DNA from: an uncultured bacterium | GTDB lineage: Bacteria; Gemmatimonadota; Gemmatimonadetes; Gemmatimonadales; Gemmatimonadaceae | Assembly (NCBI GenBank): GCA_963978095.1 | Contig: CAXBQP010000001.1 | Coordinates: 64,001-128,000 of the forward strand | Direction of reading: 5' to 3' | Length of the DNA: 64,000 nt | In this document: one piece after another, positions 1 through 9,787 of the stretch | Position numbering within the stretch: position 1 is the first letter of the stretch | How the letters are laid out: each line of letters starts with the position of its first letter | The notes under the pieces: model-generated | Told to the model about the DNA's origin: nothing | The model's input: only the letters and a program-made list of their open reading frames with translations | Database searches by the model: none | Position numbers and translations under genes: made by a program

Positions 1-12
1 GAAAGGTCAGCT

Positions 13-1431
13 TCACACGGTCTCGACTTTCATCGTGTTGGTCGTCCCCGGAACATCAAAGGGAACGCCGGCCGTGATGATCACTTGTTGTCCCGGTGTG
101 GCAAGATTGTGCTTCACCAGCACCTCCCGCGCCTGGGCCAACATCTGTTCGTAGGTATCCGCGTGCGGGACCAGGAACGGGACCACGCCCCACACCAGCG
201 CGAGCTGGCGGTACGTGCGCGCCTGATCGGTCAGCACGACGATCGGGACTCCGGGGCGACGCGCCGCGACCACGCGCGCACTGAATCCGCTCTTGGTGAA
301 CACGATGATGGATGCCGCGCCCAGCAACCGTACGGCGGTGATCGCCGACGACGCGATCGTCTCCTCCACGCTGGCCTCGCCGGGCAGCAACCGGTCGAGC
401 CCCATGCCGCGCGTCACCGGCAGCGTCTCCGCCGCGGTGACGATGCGATGCATGGCCTCCACCGTCAGTTCCGGAAAGGCGCCAGCCGCCGTCTCGGCCG
501 AGAGCATCACGGCATCCGTGCCGTCGAGCACGGCATTCGCCACGTCGTTCGCCTCGGCACGCGTCGGCCGCGGATGTTCGATCATCGACTCGAGCATCTG
601 CGTCGCCGTGATGACCGGCCGCCCGAACCGGTTCGCCAAGCCGATGATCCGCTTCTGCGCCACCGGGACTTCCTCGAATGGCAACTCGACGCCGAGATCT
701 CCGCGGGCCACCATCACCGCGTCGGAGACCTTGAGGATCTCGTCCAGCCGCATCAGCGCGCTGTCCTTCTCGATTTTCGCGACGATCAACATCCCCTTGG
801 GGAGCAGCGCCCGCATCTCCTTGATGTCCTCGGGACGCCGCACGAAGCTGAGTGCCAGATAGTCGAGATCCTGCTCGATCGCGAACGCGATGTCCGTGCG
901 ATCCTTCTCGGTCAGCGACGGTGCCGAGACGTCGATGCCCGGAAGATTCATGCCCTTGTGCGACGACATCCGCCCACCATGCAGCGTGCGCACGTGCACC
1001 CGGTCGCCGTGAATGGCGGTCACCGTGAACTCCAGGAGTCCGTCGTTGACCAGGATACGCCCGCCGACGCGGACGTCTTGCGCGATGTCATCGTAGGTGA
1101 CGGGGATCTCGTCTCCGGCCGCCACGGATTCATGGGCGAAGACCACCGTCTGCCCGTCGGCGATCTCCAGCGGCGCCGGGAGATCGCCGATCCGAATGCG
1201 CGGCCCCTGCAGATCGCCGAGGATCGCCACCGGCCGTCCCGCGTCCTGGGCCAGCCCACGGATGGTGGTGATGGTCCGGGCGTGCTGTTCGTGCGTCCCG
1301 TGTGAGAAGTTGATGCGGGCCACATCGAGGCCGCGCGCGATCAACGACGCCAAGACCTCCGGCTTCGATGAGGCGGGTCCGATGGTCGCGACGATCTTGG
1401 TTCGCGCGTGTGCACTCCAGGCAGCACTCAT
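13..1431 (-). CDS. pyk: Pyruvate kinase
   Basis: RTKIVATIGPAS, ARINFSHG, DLQGPRIR, IVAKIE, MVARGDLGVE, TATQMLESM motifs. Start set at ATG 1431, which overlaps the tal stop (ATGA). Confidence 0.97.
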   Translation of the reverse strand: MSAAWSAHARTKIVATIGPASSKPEVLASLIARGLDVARINFSHGTHEQHARTITTIRGLAQDAGRPVAILGDLQGPRIRIGDLPAPLEIADGQTVVFAHESVAAGDEIPVTYDDIAQDVRVGGRILVNDGLLEFTVTAIHGDRVHVRTLHGGRMSSHKGMNLPGIDVSAPSLTEKDRTDIAFAIEQDLDYLALSFVRRPEDIKEMRALLPKGMLIVAKIEKDSALMRLDEILKVSDAVMVARGDLGVELPFEEVPVAQKRIIGLANRFGRPVITATQMLESMIEHPRPTRAEANDVANAVLDGTDAVMLSAETAAGAFPELTVEAMHRIVTAAETLPVTRGMGLDRLLPGEASVEETIASSAITAVRLLGAASIIVFTKSGFSARVVAARRPGVPIVVLTDQARTYRQLALVWGVVPFLVPHADTYEQMLAQAREVLVKHNLATPGQQVIITAGVPFDVPGTTNTMKVETV

Positions 1432-2543
1432 GTCGTGAACGGACGTCCCAACGCCGCCGCCTTGCCGGCGAGCCCGGCGATCAGCGTGTCGAACGACTTC
1501 TGGAAGCTCGCGAGCCCCTCTGCCAACAGTTTGTCTGTGACCTCGGAGAGTGAGATCCCCTGAGCACCGATCGCACCCAAGGCGCGGCGCGCCCCGTCGA
1601 TGTCCGCATCCACCGTCCGGGCCACCGTGCCATGGTCGCGGAACGCATCCAGCGTGGCGGGGGGCAGCGTGTTGACCGTGTTGGGTCCGATCAGCGTCTC
1701 CACGTACTTGACGTCCGAATAGGCCGGGTTCTTGGTCCCCGTCGACGCCCACAGCGGACGCTGGACCTGCGCGCCGCGTGACGCGAGGGCCGCCCATCGG
1801 GAGCCGGCGAACTGCTCCAGAAAGAGCGCATAGGCGAGCACCGCATTGGCAACCGCGGCATGGCCGCGCAACGACAACGCATCCGGCGTGCCGATGGCCT
1901 CGAGCCGCTTGTCGATCTCGGAGTCCACGCGGCTCACGAAGAACGACGCCACACTCGCTACGCGGTCGACCGCGCCCCCCGCAGCCACGCGATCCTCGAG
2001 TCCGCTCAGGTACGCCTCGATCACTCGGGCATGGGCCTCGACCGCGAAGAGCAGGGTGACGTTGACGTTGATCCCGTCGGCGATCAAGCGGCGGAGCGCA
2101 ACGGCACCCTCCGCGGTTCCCGGTACCTTGATCATCACGTTCGGGCGATCGACCGACGTCCACAGGCGGTGGGCCTCCTCGACCGTCGCCGACGCGTCAT
2201 GGGCGGCGCCGGGACTCACTTCGATCGAGACGTAGCCGTCGATCCCCTTCGTGCGCTCATACACCGGCCGGAACAGGTCGCACGCGCGACGGACATCGTC
2301 CGTCTCCACGAGTTCGAACATCGCCCACGCGTTGGTCACCGCGGCGGCGGACTGGATCTGCGCATCGTACGCCGTACCCTGCGCGAGCGCTTTTTCGAAA
2401 ATCGTCGGGTTCGACGTCTGGCCCGTGAGCGCTTCGTCGCGAATGCGCCGCTCCAGCTCGCCATCGTGCAACATCGTCCGGTCGATGTAGTCGAGCCAGA
2501 TGGACTGGCCGGCGGCGTGCAGCGCGTGCAGGGGCGTGGTCAT
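1428..2543 (-). CDS. tal: Transaldolase
   Basis: GQSIWLD, TSNPTIFEKA, VSIEVSP, NVMIKVPGT, NVNVTLLF, ASFFVSRVD, RPLWASTGTKNP. Confidence 0.96.
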   Translation of the reverse strand: MTTPLHALHAAGQSIWLDYIDRTMLHDGELERRIRDEALTGQTSNPTIFEKALAQGTAYDAQIQSAAAVTNAWAMFELVETDDVRRACDLFRPVYERTKGIDGYVSIEVSPGAAHDASATVEEAHRLWTSVDRPNVMIKVPGTAEGAVALRRLIADGINVNVTLLFAVEAHARVIEAYLSGLEDRVAAGGAVDRVASVASFFVSRVDSEIDKRLEAIGTPDALSLRGHAAVANAVLAYALFLEQFAGSRWAALASRGAQVQRPLWASTGTKNPAYSDVKYVETLIGPNTVNTLPPATLDAFRDHGTVARTVDADIDGARRALGAIGAQGISLSEVTDKLLAEGLASFQKSFDTLIAGLAGKAAALGRPFTT

Positions 2544-2726
2544 GGTGAAGCGGTCCCGAGCGGAGGGTGGGGTGGCGGGCGTCCCCTAATTATAGCGCAG
2601 GACCGCCTCACCCTCCATCACGTTTTCACCCCGCCACGTGGTCGACTGTCGTGGGGCAGATTATCGTTCACGACACGATATCGCCGACGTCGCCGACGTC
2701 TCCTCCCACTCTCGCCGCACCCCACC

Positions 2727-3158
2727 ATGCCGAAGGATTTCCCCGACCATCACGACGCCGACCTGGTCATCCGGTTCTACGAAATGCGCCGCGAGGCCGT
2801 CACCCGCGATGCCAGGAAAGCGATGGCGGCCTGGATGCCCAAGACGTGGGACGACGTCGTGGCGCTGTCCAAGCCGGACCACCCGAACAACGCCGCCTTC
2901 CGCCAGCTCAGCGGCTACTGGGAGATGGTCTACGGCATGGCCCGCCACGGAATCGCGCACGGGGAGTTCCTGATGGAGAACAGCGGCGAGGGGATGTTCT
3001 TCTACTCGCGCTTCGAGCCCTATCTCGCGCAGATGCGTGAGCACATGAGTCCACGCATCTTCACGAACTGCGAGTGGGTGTCCAAGCACACGGAGATGGG
3101 CAAGACCCAACTCGCGATGTTCGTCGCGCGGTGGGCCAAGATGAACGCCGCCAAGTAA
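2727..3158 (+). CDS. Conserved hypothetical protein (small alpha-helical, possibly DUF4760-like)
   Basis: ATG at 2727, 143 aa with strong GC3 codon bias (DADLVIRFYEMRRE...FRQLSGYWEM), followed by a hairpin. Confidence 0.7.
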   Translation: MPKDFPDHHDADLVIRFYEMRREAVTRDARKAMAAWMPKTWDDVVALSKPDHPNNAAFRQLSGYWEMVYGMARHGIAHGEFLMENSGEGMFFYSRFEPYLAQMREHMSPRIFTNCEWVSKHTEMGKTQLAMFVARWAKMNAAK

Positions 3159-3175
3159 GCAGGCCTCGAACACCG

Positions 3176-3223
3176 GACCGCGGGGCGGGACCGCCGTCGA
3201 TCGGCGCGGCCCGCCCCGCGGTC
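3176..3223. terminator. GC-rich hairpin between convergent genes
   Basis: gaccgcggggcggg ... cccgccccgcggtc, 14-bp arms. Confidence 0.6.
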
Positions 3224-3226
3224 GTG

Positions 3227-3760
3227 TCAGCGCGTGTGCAGCAACCGCACGTACAAGTCGTCCAACTCGGCAACGCCGTCGAACTCGAAGGGATGCGTCC
3301 CGACGTGCATGAAGCCGACCTTCTCGTAGAACCGCTTGGCTCGCGCGTTGTGTTGCCAGACCGCCAGCCACAGCGCATCATGTCCCTCCGCCGCTGCGCG
3401 CTCGACCGCGGCGTCGAGCACTCGCTGCGCCAGCCCCGTCCCCTGCGCTTCGGTTTCGACGTAGAACCGCTCGATCTGCGCCGGACGCTCGGCATCGATC
3501 GCGTCCGGCGCCGGGGCGGCATGCCCCACCGTCACGAAGGCGCGCCACCGCCCACGCTCCGCGACTCGCAGCGTCCACCGCGTGGGCGTCTCGAGCTCCG
3601 CCCGCAACCGCGGCGCCCCATGATACCGCGCGATGTGTCGCTCGAGCCGATCGGCGGGGTATCCGTGGGCGTAGGTCCGGCGAAAGATGTCGGAGAGAAA
3701 TCGGGAGAACTCCTCCGCCTCCGACGGCACCGCCTCGACACAGCGCAAGTCAGTCGTCAC
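3227..3760 (-). CDS. GNAT family N-acetyltransferase
   Basis: IERFYV..AQGTGLAQ and LWLAVWQHNARAKRFYEKVGF acetyl-CoA motifs. Confidence 0.9.
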   Translation of the reverse strand: MTTDLRCVEAVPSEAEEFSRFLSDIFRRTYAHGYPADRLERHIARYHGAPRLRAELETPTRWTLRVAERGRWRAFVTVGHAAPAPDAIDAERPAQIERFYVETEAQGTGLAQRVLDAAVERAAAEGHDALWLAVWQHNARAKRFYEKVGFMHVGTHPFEFDGVAELDDLYVRLLHTR

Positions 3761-3836
3761 GACAGAAAACCTAGTCGGCTGTCGCCATATATTTCAGCCG
3801 TGGCTCCCCGGTCCCCCACTCATTGATCCGCACACG

Positions 3837-5216
3837 ATGCCGGAACGCGACTCCCTCAACCGCGACCTCGCCGTCCGTGAATCGTTCGCCCGCGACGCGA
3901 GCGGCCTCTGGCAGGTCTGCGAGGCCGTTGCCCGCCCTACCAGCGCAGCCGAAGTGGCCGATCTCCTGGCCGAAGCCAACGCACGGCGTACTCCCGTCAC
4001 CACCGCGGGGTCGCAGACGAGTACCACCGGTGCGAGCATCTGTGATCACGGCATCCTCCTCTCGACGCGCGCGCTCTCCCACATCGGTCCGGTCGACCGC
4101 GATGCCCGCACCGTGCGGGTCGGCCCCGGGGTGCTGCTCGGGGAGTTGCAACGCACCATCGCGGCGGAGGGATTGTTCTTCGCACCGGATCCGACGAGCG
4201 ATCAGGAATGCACGGTCGGCGGCGCGATCGCCTGCAACGCGAGCGGACCGCGCACCCTGCGCTACGGCCCCACGCGCGCGCACGTGCGCAGCCTGAGCAT
4301 CGCACGCGCCGACGGCCGCATCGAGCAGTTCCGGCGCGCCGAGGTGGAGAAGAACACCGTGGGGCTCTTTCCCGCGCAGGATCCGGTGGACTGGTTCATC
4401 GGAAGCGAGGGAATCCTCGGGGTGATCGTCGAAGCCGAGCTCGCGCTGCTGCCGCGGCCGCACCTCGAGATCGGACTCGCGATCCCGTTCCCGGATGAAT
4501 CGCGCGCCCTGGCCGCGATCATCGCCGCACGAGAGTCGCGCGTCCTGGTTCCCCGATGCCTGGAGTTCTTCGACGCCGAATGTTTCGCGATCGCACGTGA
4601 TGGACAGGGAGACCCCCACTGGGCGCCGGAGTCGCGGGCCTTGGTCTATACCGAAATCACCGCCGACGGCGACGCGCTCCCGCCGCTGGACGAATGGCTG
4701 GAGCTCGCCGAGGCCCATGGCGCGCACGCCAATGACGTTCGCGTCTTCGACGGCGACGCCGCCATCCGGGAGGCACGCCGCCTGCGGCACGCGGTGCCGG
4801 CCACGATGCACGAACGCGTGGCCCCCTACCTCTCGGCCGGTGGCCGTCGCGTCTCCACCGATTGGGCGGTGCCGTGGCGCCTCGCCCCCCAGGCGGTTGC
4901 CATGGCGCGAGCCCACGCACAGGAAGCAGGCGTGGCGCCTGGCGTCATCTACGGCCACCTCGGGAACGGACATCCCCACCAGAACTTCGTCGCGCGCGAT
5001 CCGGCCGAGGTGGCGCGCTTCGAACAGGTCGTCGAGCGTACCCTGCGCGACGTCATCGCGATGGGGGGTACCGTGGCCGCCGAACACGGGATCGGCAAGA
5101 TCAAGTCGCGCTGGCTCCCGCTGCAGATGCGAAGCTCGCAGATCGCCGTGATGCGGGCGCTCAAAGCTGAGCTGGACCCGAACGGCATCATGGCCCCCGG
5201 CAACATCCTCGCGTGA
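3837..5216 (+). CDS. FAD-binding oxidoreductase, GlcD/D-lactate dehydrogenase family
   Basis: APDPTS..CTVGGAIACNASG, GSEGILG, GHLGNGHPH, AEHGIG, LDPNGIMAPG. Confidence 0.92.
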   Translation: MPERDSLNRDLAVRESFARDASGLWQVCEAVARPTSAAEVADLLAEANARRTPVTTAGSQTSTTGASICDHGILLSTRALSHIGPVDRDARTVRVGPGVLLGELQRTIAAEGLFFAPDPTSDQECTVGGAIACNASGPRTLRYGPTRAHVRSLSIARADGRIEQFRRAEVEKNTVGLFPAQDPVDWFIGSEGILGVIVEAELALLPRPHLEIGLAIPFPDESRALAAIIAARESRVLVPRCLEFFDAECFAIARDGQGDPHWAPESRALVYTEITADGDALPPLDEWLELAEAHGAHANDVRVFDGDAAIREARRLRHAVPATMHERVAPYLSAGGRRVSTDWAVPWRLAPQAVAMARAHAQEAGVAPGVIYGHLGNGHPHQNFVARDPAEVARFEQVVERTLRDVIAMGGTVAAEHGIGKIKSRWLPLQMRSSQIAVMRALKAELDPNGIMAPGNILA

Positions 5217-5241
5217 CGACGGCGGCCTCGGAACGCACCCC

Positions 5242-6333
5242 ATGAGTGCGTTCGGCACCTTCTTCCTCCCGGGCCCGACCGAAGTCCGGCGTGAGGTGTT
5301 GCAGGCCATGTCGCGACCCATGATCGCGCATCGCGGACCCGAGTTCGAGGCGCTCTTCCAGGAGATTCAGGACGGGTTGCGTGAGCTTTTCGGCACGCGG
5401 CGCCCCGTGTACGTCAGTACGAGTTCCGCCACGGGGCTCATGGAAGCCGCGATCCGCAACACCCCCGCCGGCCCGATCTTGTCACTCGTGAACGGCGCGT
5501 TCTCCGAGCGGTTCGCCGCGATCGCCCGCGCGTGCGAGCGCGAGGTGCGGATCCTGCGGGCACCCGAGGGCACCGTGGTCCCCCACGAGGCGGTGGAGCA
5601 CGCACTCCGGGAGCGCTGGTACGCCGCCGTCACCGCGGTGCACTCCGAAACGTCCACCGGCGCGCTGAGCGACGTCGGAGCGCTCGCCGCGCTCGCCCAC
5701 GCGCATGAGGCGATGATCCTCGTCGACAGCGTCACGGGCGTCGGGGGAACACCCATGCGCGCGGACGCGTGGGCGCTGGATTTCGTGTTGACGGGTTCGC
5801 AGAAGGCGCTGGCGCTCCCGCCAGGGCTCGCGTTCGCCGTGGCCAGCGAGCGGTTCGTGCTGCAGGCGGAGGCCCTCCGCGATCGCGGGCGCTACTTCGA
5901 TGTCGTGGAGTTCGAGCAGGCGGCGCGCCGCCACCAGACGCCGAACACACCGGCGCTCTCGCTGCTGTACGCGACGCAGGAACAGTGCCGCGCCCTCCTG
6001 GCGGAAGGGCTCGCGCCGCGCTGGGCTCGGCACGACGCCATGCGCGATGCCACGGTCGATTGGGCGAACGCCGCCGCGCGCGACGGACTGCTCGCCGGCA
6101 TCGTCGCGCACGAGGGCGTGCGTTCCCCGACCGTCACCGCCCTCCGGCTTCCCACGCCTCTGCGCGACACCGCGGTCGCCGCCGCACTCGGGCGCCGCGG
6201 CTTCACGATCGGCACCGGCTACGGCGCGCTCGCCGGGACGACCGTACGTATCGGGCACATGGGGGACCACTCCGTCTCCGGCCTCGAGCGCTGCCTCACC
6301 GCGCTGACGGAGACGCTGCGCACACTCAGCTGA
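5242..6333 (+). CDS. Class V aminotransferase (alanine-glyoxylate/serine-pyruvate family)
   Basis: LPGPT, VHSETSTG, VDSVT, TGSQKALALPPGL (PLP lysine), RIGHMG. Confidence 0.92.
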   Translation: MSAFGTFFLPGPTEVRREVLQAMSRPMIAHRGPEFEALFQEIQDGLRELFGTRRPVYVSTSSATGLMEAAIRNTPAGPILSLVNGAFSERFAAIARACEREVRILRAPEGTVVPHEAVEHALRERWYAAVTAVHSETSTGALSDVGALAALAHAHEAMILVDSVTGVGGTPMRADAWALDFVLTGSQKALALPPGLAFAVASERFVLQAEALRDRGRYFDVVEFEQAARRHQTPNTPALSLLYATQEQCRALLAEGLAPRWARHDAMRDATVDWANAAARDGLLAGIVAHEGVRSPTVTALRLPTPLRDTAVAAALGRRGFTIGTGYGALAGTTVRIGHMGDHSVSGLERCLTALTETLRTLS

Positions 6334-6820
6334 TCACGACCGGTGCGAACGTTGCCTCCCCGGCACGCGCCCCGAGCAACAGGCGCGCGACCTCCTGATT
6401 CCTGTACGTGAAGATCCGGGTGAGCTGTCGACGCACGATCGGGTGCGCGAGGTTGCCGAGGACGCCCAACGGCAGCGCATAGCGGACTTCATCGTCCATG
6501 CGGACGCCACCCGGAACCGAGTGGAAGGTGTGACGGTGCACCCACTGGGCGTACGGCCCCTTGAGCTGCACATCGGTGAACTCGCGGCTGGGCTCCCAAC
6601 TCTCGATCAGGGTGCGCCAGCTCATGGGAATCCCATGCAACCCGATCCGATAATCGATCAGCGTCCCCCGCCCCATCGTGATCGGCAGCGGCGTGATGAT
6701 GGTGAACGACAGCTCCGGCGGGGTGATGCGGCCGAGGTTCGCCGCGTCGGCAAAGAACGGGAAGACCGCGTCGCGCTCCAACGGGAGCGTGAGCGAGGTC
6801 CTCAGCAGATGAACAGTCAT
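6326..6820 (-). CDS. SRPBCC (START/cyclase-like) domain protein
   Basis: VFPFFADAANLGRITPP, FTDVQLKGPYAQWVHRHTF, IFTYR. Confidence 0.88.
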   Translation of the reverse strand: MTVHLLRTSLTLPLERDAVFPFFADAANLGRITPPELSFTIITPLPITMGRGTLIDYRIGLHGIPMSWRTLIESWEPSREFTDVQLKGPYAQWVHRHTFHSVPGGVRMDDEVRYALPLGVLGNLAHPIVRRQLTRIFTYRNQEVARLLLGARAGEATFAPVVIS

Positions 6821-6848
6821 CGTCTCGGGGACTAGGGGGGAAGCGACA

Positions 6849-6879
6849 CGCGCGACCGGAGCGAAGCCCCGGTCGCGCG
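6849..6879 (-). terminator. Hairpin after the fasciclin gene (partial terminator or mRNA stabiliser)
   Basis: cgcgcgaccgg / ccggtcgcgcg 11-bp arms, no long U-tract. Confidence 0.5.
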
Positions 6880-6899
6880 CGTCCGAATGCAGCGACTGC

Positions 6900-7403
6900 T
6901 TACTTGCCCTTCGGCGGCATGATCACCGCGTCGATCACGTGGATCACGCCGTTCGAGGCGATGATGTCGGTCTTGACGACGTTCGCGCCGTCGACCATCA
7001 CCTTGCCGCCGTTGACCATGATCTTGGCGGCGGCGCCGTTGACCGTCTTCGCTTCCTTGAGCTTGACGACATCAGCGGCCAGCACCTTGCCGGCGACGAC
7101 GTGGTACGTCAGCACCGCGGCCAGCGCCTTCTTGTCCTTGAGGAGCGCGTCGAGCTGCGCCTTCGGGATCTTGGCGAACGCCTCGTCCGTCGGGGCGAAG
7201 ACGGTGAACGGGCCCTTGCCCTTCAGCGTCTCGACAAGGCCGGCGGCCTGCAACGCGGTGGCGAGGGTCTTGAACGATCCCGCAGCGACCGCGGTCTCGA
7301 CAATGTCCTTGGCCGGGGCGGCCGCAGCCGGCGCCTGGGCGGCGAGCGGCGACGCAACGACGGACGCGAACACGGTGGCAGCGAGCAGCGACTTGAACGA
7401 CAT
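6900..7403 (-). CDS. Secreted fasciclin (FAS1) domain protein
   Basis: Signal peptide, [53 protein letters not shown] before ATG 7403. Confidence 0.95.
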   Translation of the reverse strand: MSFKSLLAATVFASVVASPLAAQAPAAAAPAKDIVETAVAAGSFKTLATALQAAGLVETLKGKGPFTVFAPTDEAFAKIPKAQLDALLKDKKALAAVLTYHVVAGKVLAADVVKLKEAKTVNGAAAKIMVNGGKVMVDGANVVKTDIIASNGVIHVIDAVIMPPKGK

Positions 7404-7438
7404 GGTGGAGCTCCTTGGAAGCGATTGGTTGACCTGCC

Positions 7439-7524
7439 CTGTCCAGCTTGCGTCCAAATAATACCTGTATTTTTGATTTATGTCAAGCTTTTAGCTGGGC
7501 CTAACATTGACGTAACATTGACAA
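7439..7524. promoter_or_regulatory. Putative CarH/LitR operator: 11-bp nAnnTnnACAn repeats
   Basis: Plus strand aacattgacgt/aacattgacaa (7503-7524). Minus strand aagcttgacat (7490-7480) and tatttggacgc/aagctggacag (7460-7439). Confidence 0.6.
7458..7486 (-). promoter_or_regulatory. Sigma70 promoter of the fasciclin gene
   Basis: Minus strand TTGACA (7486-7481), 17 bp, TATTAT (7463-7458). Confidence 0.8.
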
Positions 7525-7546
7525 AATGGCAACGAATCCATAGTTT
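7518..7546 (+). promoter_or_regulatory. Sigma70 promoter of carH
   Basis: TTGACA (7518-7523), 17 bp, TAGTTT (7541-7546). Confidence 0.65.
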
Positions 7547-7558
7547 CTATCCTTGTCT

Positions 7559-8500
7559 ATGACTACGCCGCCAGAACTCCACTTCCCGGTCCGACTGGTT
7601 GTCCAGCGAACTGGCCTCTCCGCCGACGTCTTGCGCGCCTGGGAGCGGCGCTACCGCGCGGTCGTCCCGCACCGCACGGCCGGCGGCCAGCGCGTGTACT
7701 CCGCCGCCGACATCGCCCGCCTGACGACGCTGGCCCGGCTCGTCGATCGCGGACACTCCATCGGCCAGATCGCGGGTGCCTCGGACGAGGAACTGCAGCG
7801 CATCGTGGAACGCGACTCCCGCATCGCCGCCCCACTCCCAAGTGCCCCGTCGGTCGCCACCGACTCGGGGGACTCCCTCATCGCCGCCGCCCTCGACGCC
7901 ACCGACCGCATGGATCCGGAAGCGCTGGAGCGACTGCTCCGCGGAGCCGCGCTCCGGATGGGAGTCGACGACATGATCGAGCAGGTGTTGGCCCCCCTGC
8001 TGTTCACGATCGGCTCGCTCTGGCACCAAGGCGTGCTGCGGCCGGCGCAGGAACACGTTGCCACCGCCGTGATCCGCGGCACGTTGGGCTGGATGATGGA
8101 ACTGGCCACGCCGTCGGCGAACGCCCCGTGCATCGTCGTCGGCACGCCGGCGGGTCAGATGCATGAAATGGGTGCGATGATCGCGGCCGCGGTGATCGCC
8201 TCGCAGGGGGCGCGGGTGCTCTACCTCGGCGCCGACCTGCCCGCAACGGAAATCGCCGATGCCGCGGAACGCTCACGCGCGATCGGTGTCGCGCTCAGCA
8301 TCGTGTACCCGTACGACGACCCGCATCTCCACCACGAGATCGCGATCCTTCGCGGCGCCCTGCCGCCCCGAGTGCACATAATTGCCGGTGGCGCCGCCGC
8401 CTCGGCCTATCCCGATGCGTGGCGCCACCCCAACACGACCCTGACCGCCTCGCTGGACCAGCTGCGGGACTACATCCGCGGCTTGCCGTCCATCTCCTGA
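7559..8500 (+). CDS. carH: CarH/LitR-type adenosylcobalamin-dependent photoreceptor (MerR HTH + B12-binding domain)
   Basis: LRAWERRY recognition motif, W-x9-EH (WHQGVLRPAQEH), QMHEMG cobalamin-ligating His, YLGADLP. Confidence 0.88.
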   Translation: MTTPPELHFPVRLVVQRTGLSADVLRAWERRYRAVVPHRTAGGQRVYSAADIARLTTLARLVDRGHSIGQIAGASDEELQRIVERDSRIAAPLPSAPSVATDSGDSLIAAALDATDRMDPEALERLLRGAALRMGVDDMIEQVLAPLLFTIGSLWHQGVLRPAQEHVATAVIRGTLGWMMELATPSANAPCIVVGTPAGQMHEMGAMIAAAVIASQGARVLYLGADLPATEIADAAERSRAIGVALSIVYPYDDPHLHHEIAILRGALPPRVHIIAGGAAASAYPDAWRHPNTTLTASLDQLRDYIRGLPSIS

Positions 8501-9747
8501 ATGGTCTTGGTGCTCGGCGGACGCTCCTGCTGCAGCCGCTTGGCCACCTGTTCCGCCTGGCTCAACGCGCGGAGCACGTTCTCGCCGGCGAGTTTCCTGA
8601 GCTCCGCATCCGTCCAGCCCCGACGGATCAACTCCGCGAAGAGCATCGGGTAGTCGGCCTGTGACTGGAGGCCGTCCGGCAACTCGTCATCGACGCCGTC
8701 GAAGTCGGACCCGATGCCGATATTGTCAGCGCTTGCAGTCTTCTTGATGTAATCCAGATGGTTCGCGACGTCGGCGATGGTCGCGTGAGGCGCCGGATGC
8801 GCCGCATCCCAGCTTTTGAGCGCGCGGTTGAACACCGCCGTGTCGGCGCCGACGCGCGCCTTGAGGTTGGCGCTGTACGCGCTCCGCTCGAGCGAGTGCT
8901 TGCGCACCGCCGGCGAATCGAAACCCGGGACGAACGTCACCATGACGACGCCCCCGTTCTTGGGCAGCCGCTTGAGGATCGAGTCCGGCACGTTGCGCGG
9001 ATGATCCACGAGTGCCTTGGCGGAAGAGTGCGAGAAGATCACCGGCGCCGCCGCCACGTCGAGCGCGTTGCTCATGACGCCCGGCGAGACATGCGACAGA
9101 TCCACCAACATGCCGAGGCGGTTCATCTCCCGCACCACCTCCTTGCCGAAGTTCGTCAGGCCACCGTGCGTGGGCGCGTCGAGCGCGGCGTCGGCCCAGT
9201 CCAGCGTCACATTGTGCGTGAGAGTCATATAGCGGACGCCCATTCCATAGTAGGCGCGCAACGCCCCGAGCGAGTTCTCGATCGCATGACCACCTTCCAT
9301 GCCAAGCATGGAGCCCACTTTGCCCGCCTTGAACGCCGTCCGCATGTCGGCGGCCGTCGCGGCGGCCACGAGGCGTTCGGGGTATTTCGCGATGACGCGC
9401 CGGGCGATGTCGATCTGCTCGAGCTGGATCCGCGCGTAGCCGGAGTCCTTGACCTCGCCGGGAATGTACACGCTCCAGAACTGCCCGCCGAGCTGTCCGG
9501 CCTTCATGCGGGCCAGATCGGTCTGGTGCGGGGTGGTCTTGCGGAGGTCGTACGCGTCGATGTCGCGCGGAGCGGTCTTGCTCTCGCGGATCGCCCACGG
9601 CAAATCGTTGTGTCCGTCCACCAGTGGCGTTGTGGCGAGCAGCGCCTTGGCATGCGCGAGCGCAGCATCCGAAGGCTTGGCGGCGGGGGCCTGGGCGCGG
9701 AGTGTGGCCGCGCACGCCAGGAACAGCGCATATCGTAAGGGGGTCAT
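8470..9747 (-). CDS. Secreted membrane-dipeptidase family (M19) peptidase
   Basis: DGHNDLPW, GMEGGH, YMTLTH, DLSHVS, FSHSS, GIGSDFDG, N-terminal signal peptide. Confidence 0.93.
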   Translation of the reverse strand: MTPLRYALFLACAATLRAQAPAAKPSDAALAHAKALLATTPLVDGHNDLPWAIRESKTAPRDIDAYDLRKTTPHQTDLARMKAGQLGGQFWSVYIPGEVKDSGYARIQLEQIDIARRVIAKYPERLVAAATAADMRTAFKAGKVGSMLGMEGGHAIENSLGALRAYYGMGVRYMTLTHNVTLDWADAALDAPTHGGLTNFGKEVVREMNRLGMLVDLSHVSPGVMSNALDVAAAPVIFSHSSAKALVDHPRNVPDSILKRLPKNGGVVMVTFVPGFDSPAVRKHSLERSAYSANLKARVGADTAVFNRALKSWDAAHPAPHATIADVANHLDYIKKTASADNIGIGSDFDGVDDELPDGLQSQADYPMLFAELIRRGWTDAELRKLAGENVLRALSQAEQVAKRLQQERPPSTKTIQEMDGKPRM

Positions 9748-9787
9748 ATTTACATTATAGCGTTTTCCGAACCAACATGGAGGGCCG

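Noticed and set aside
1432..2163. 716-aa ORF suggesting an N-terminally extended pyruvate kinase
   Set aside because: The extension overlaps tal in another frame. The ATG at 1431 gives a normal-sized enzyme coupled to the tal stop.
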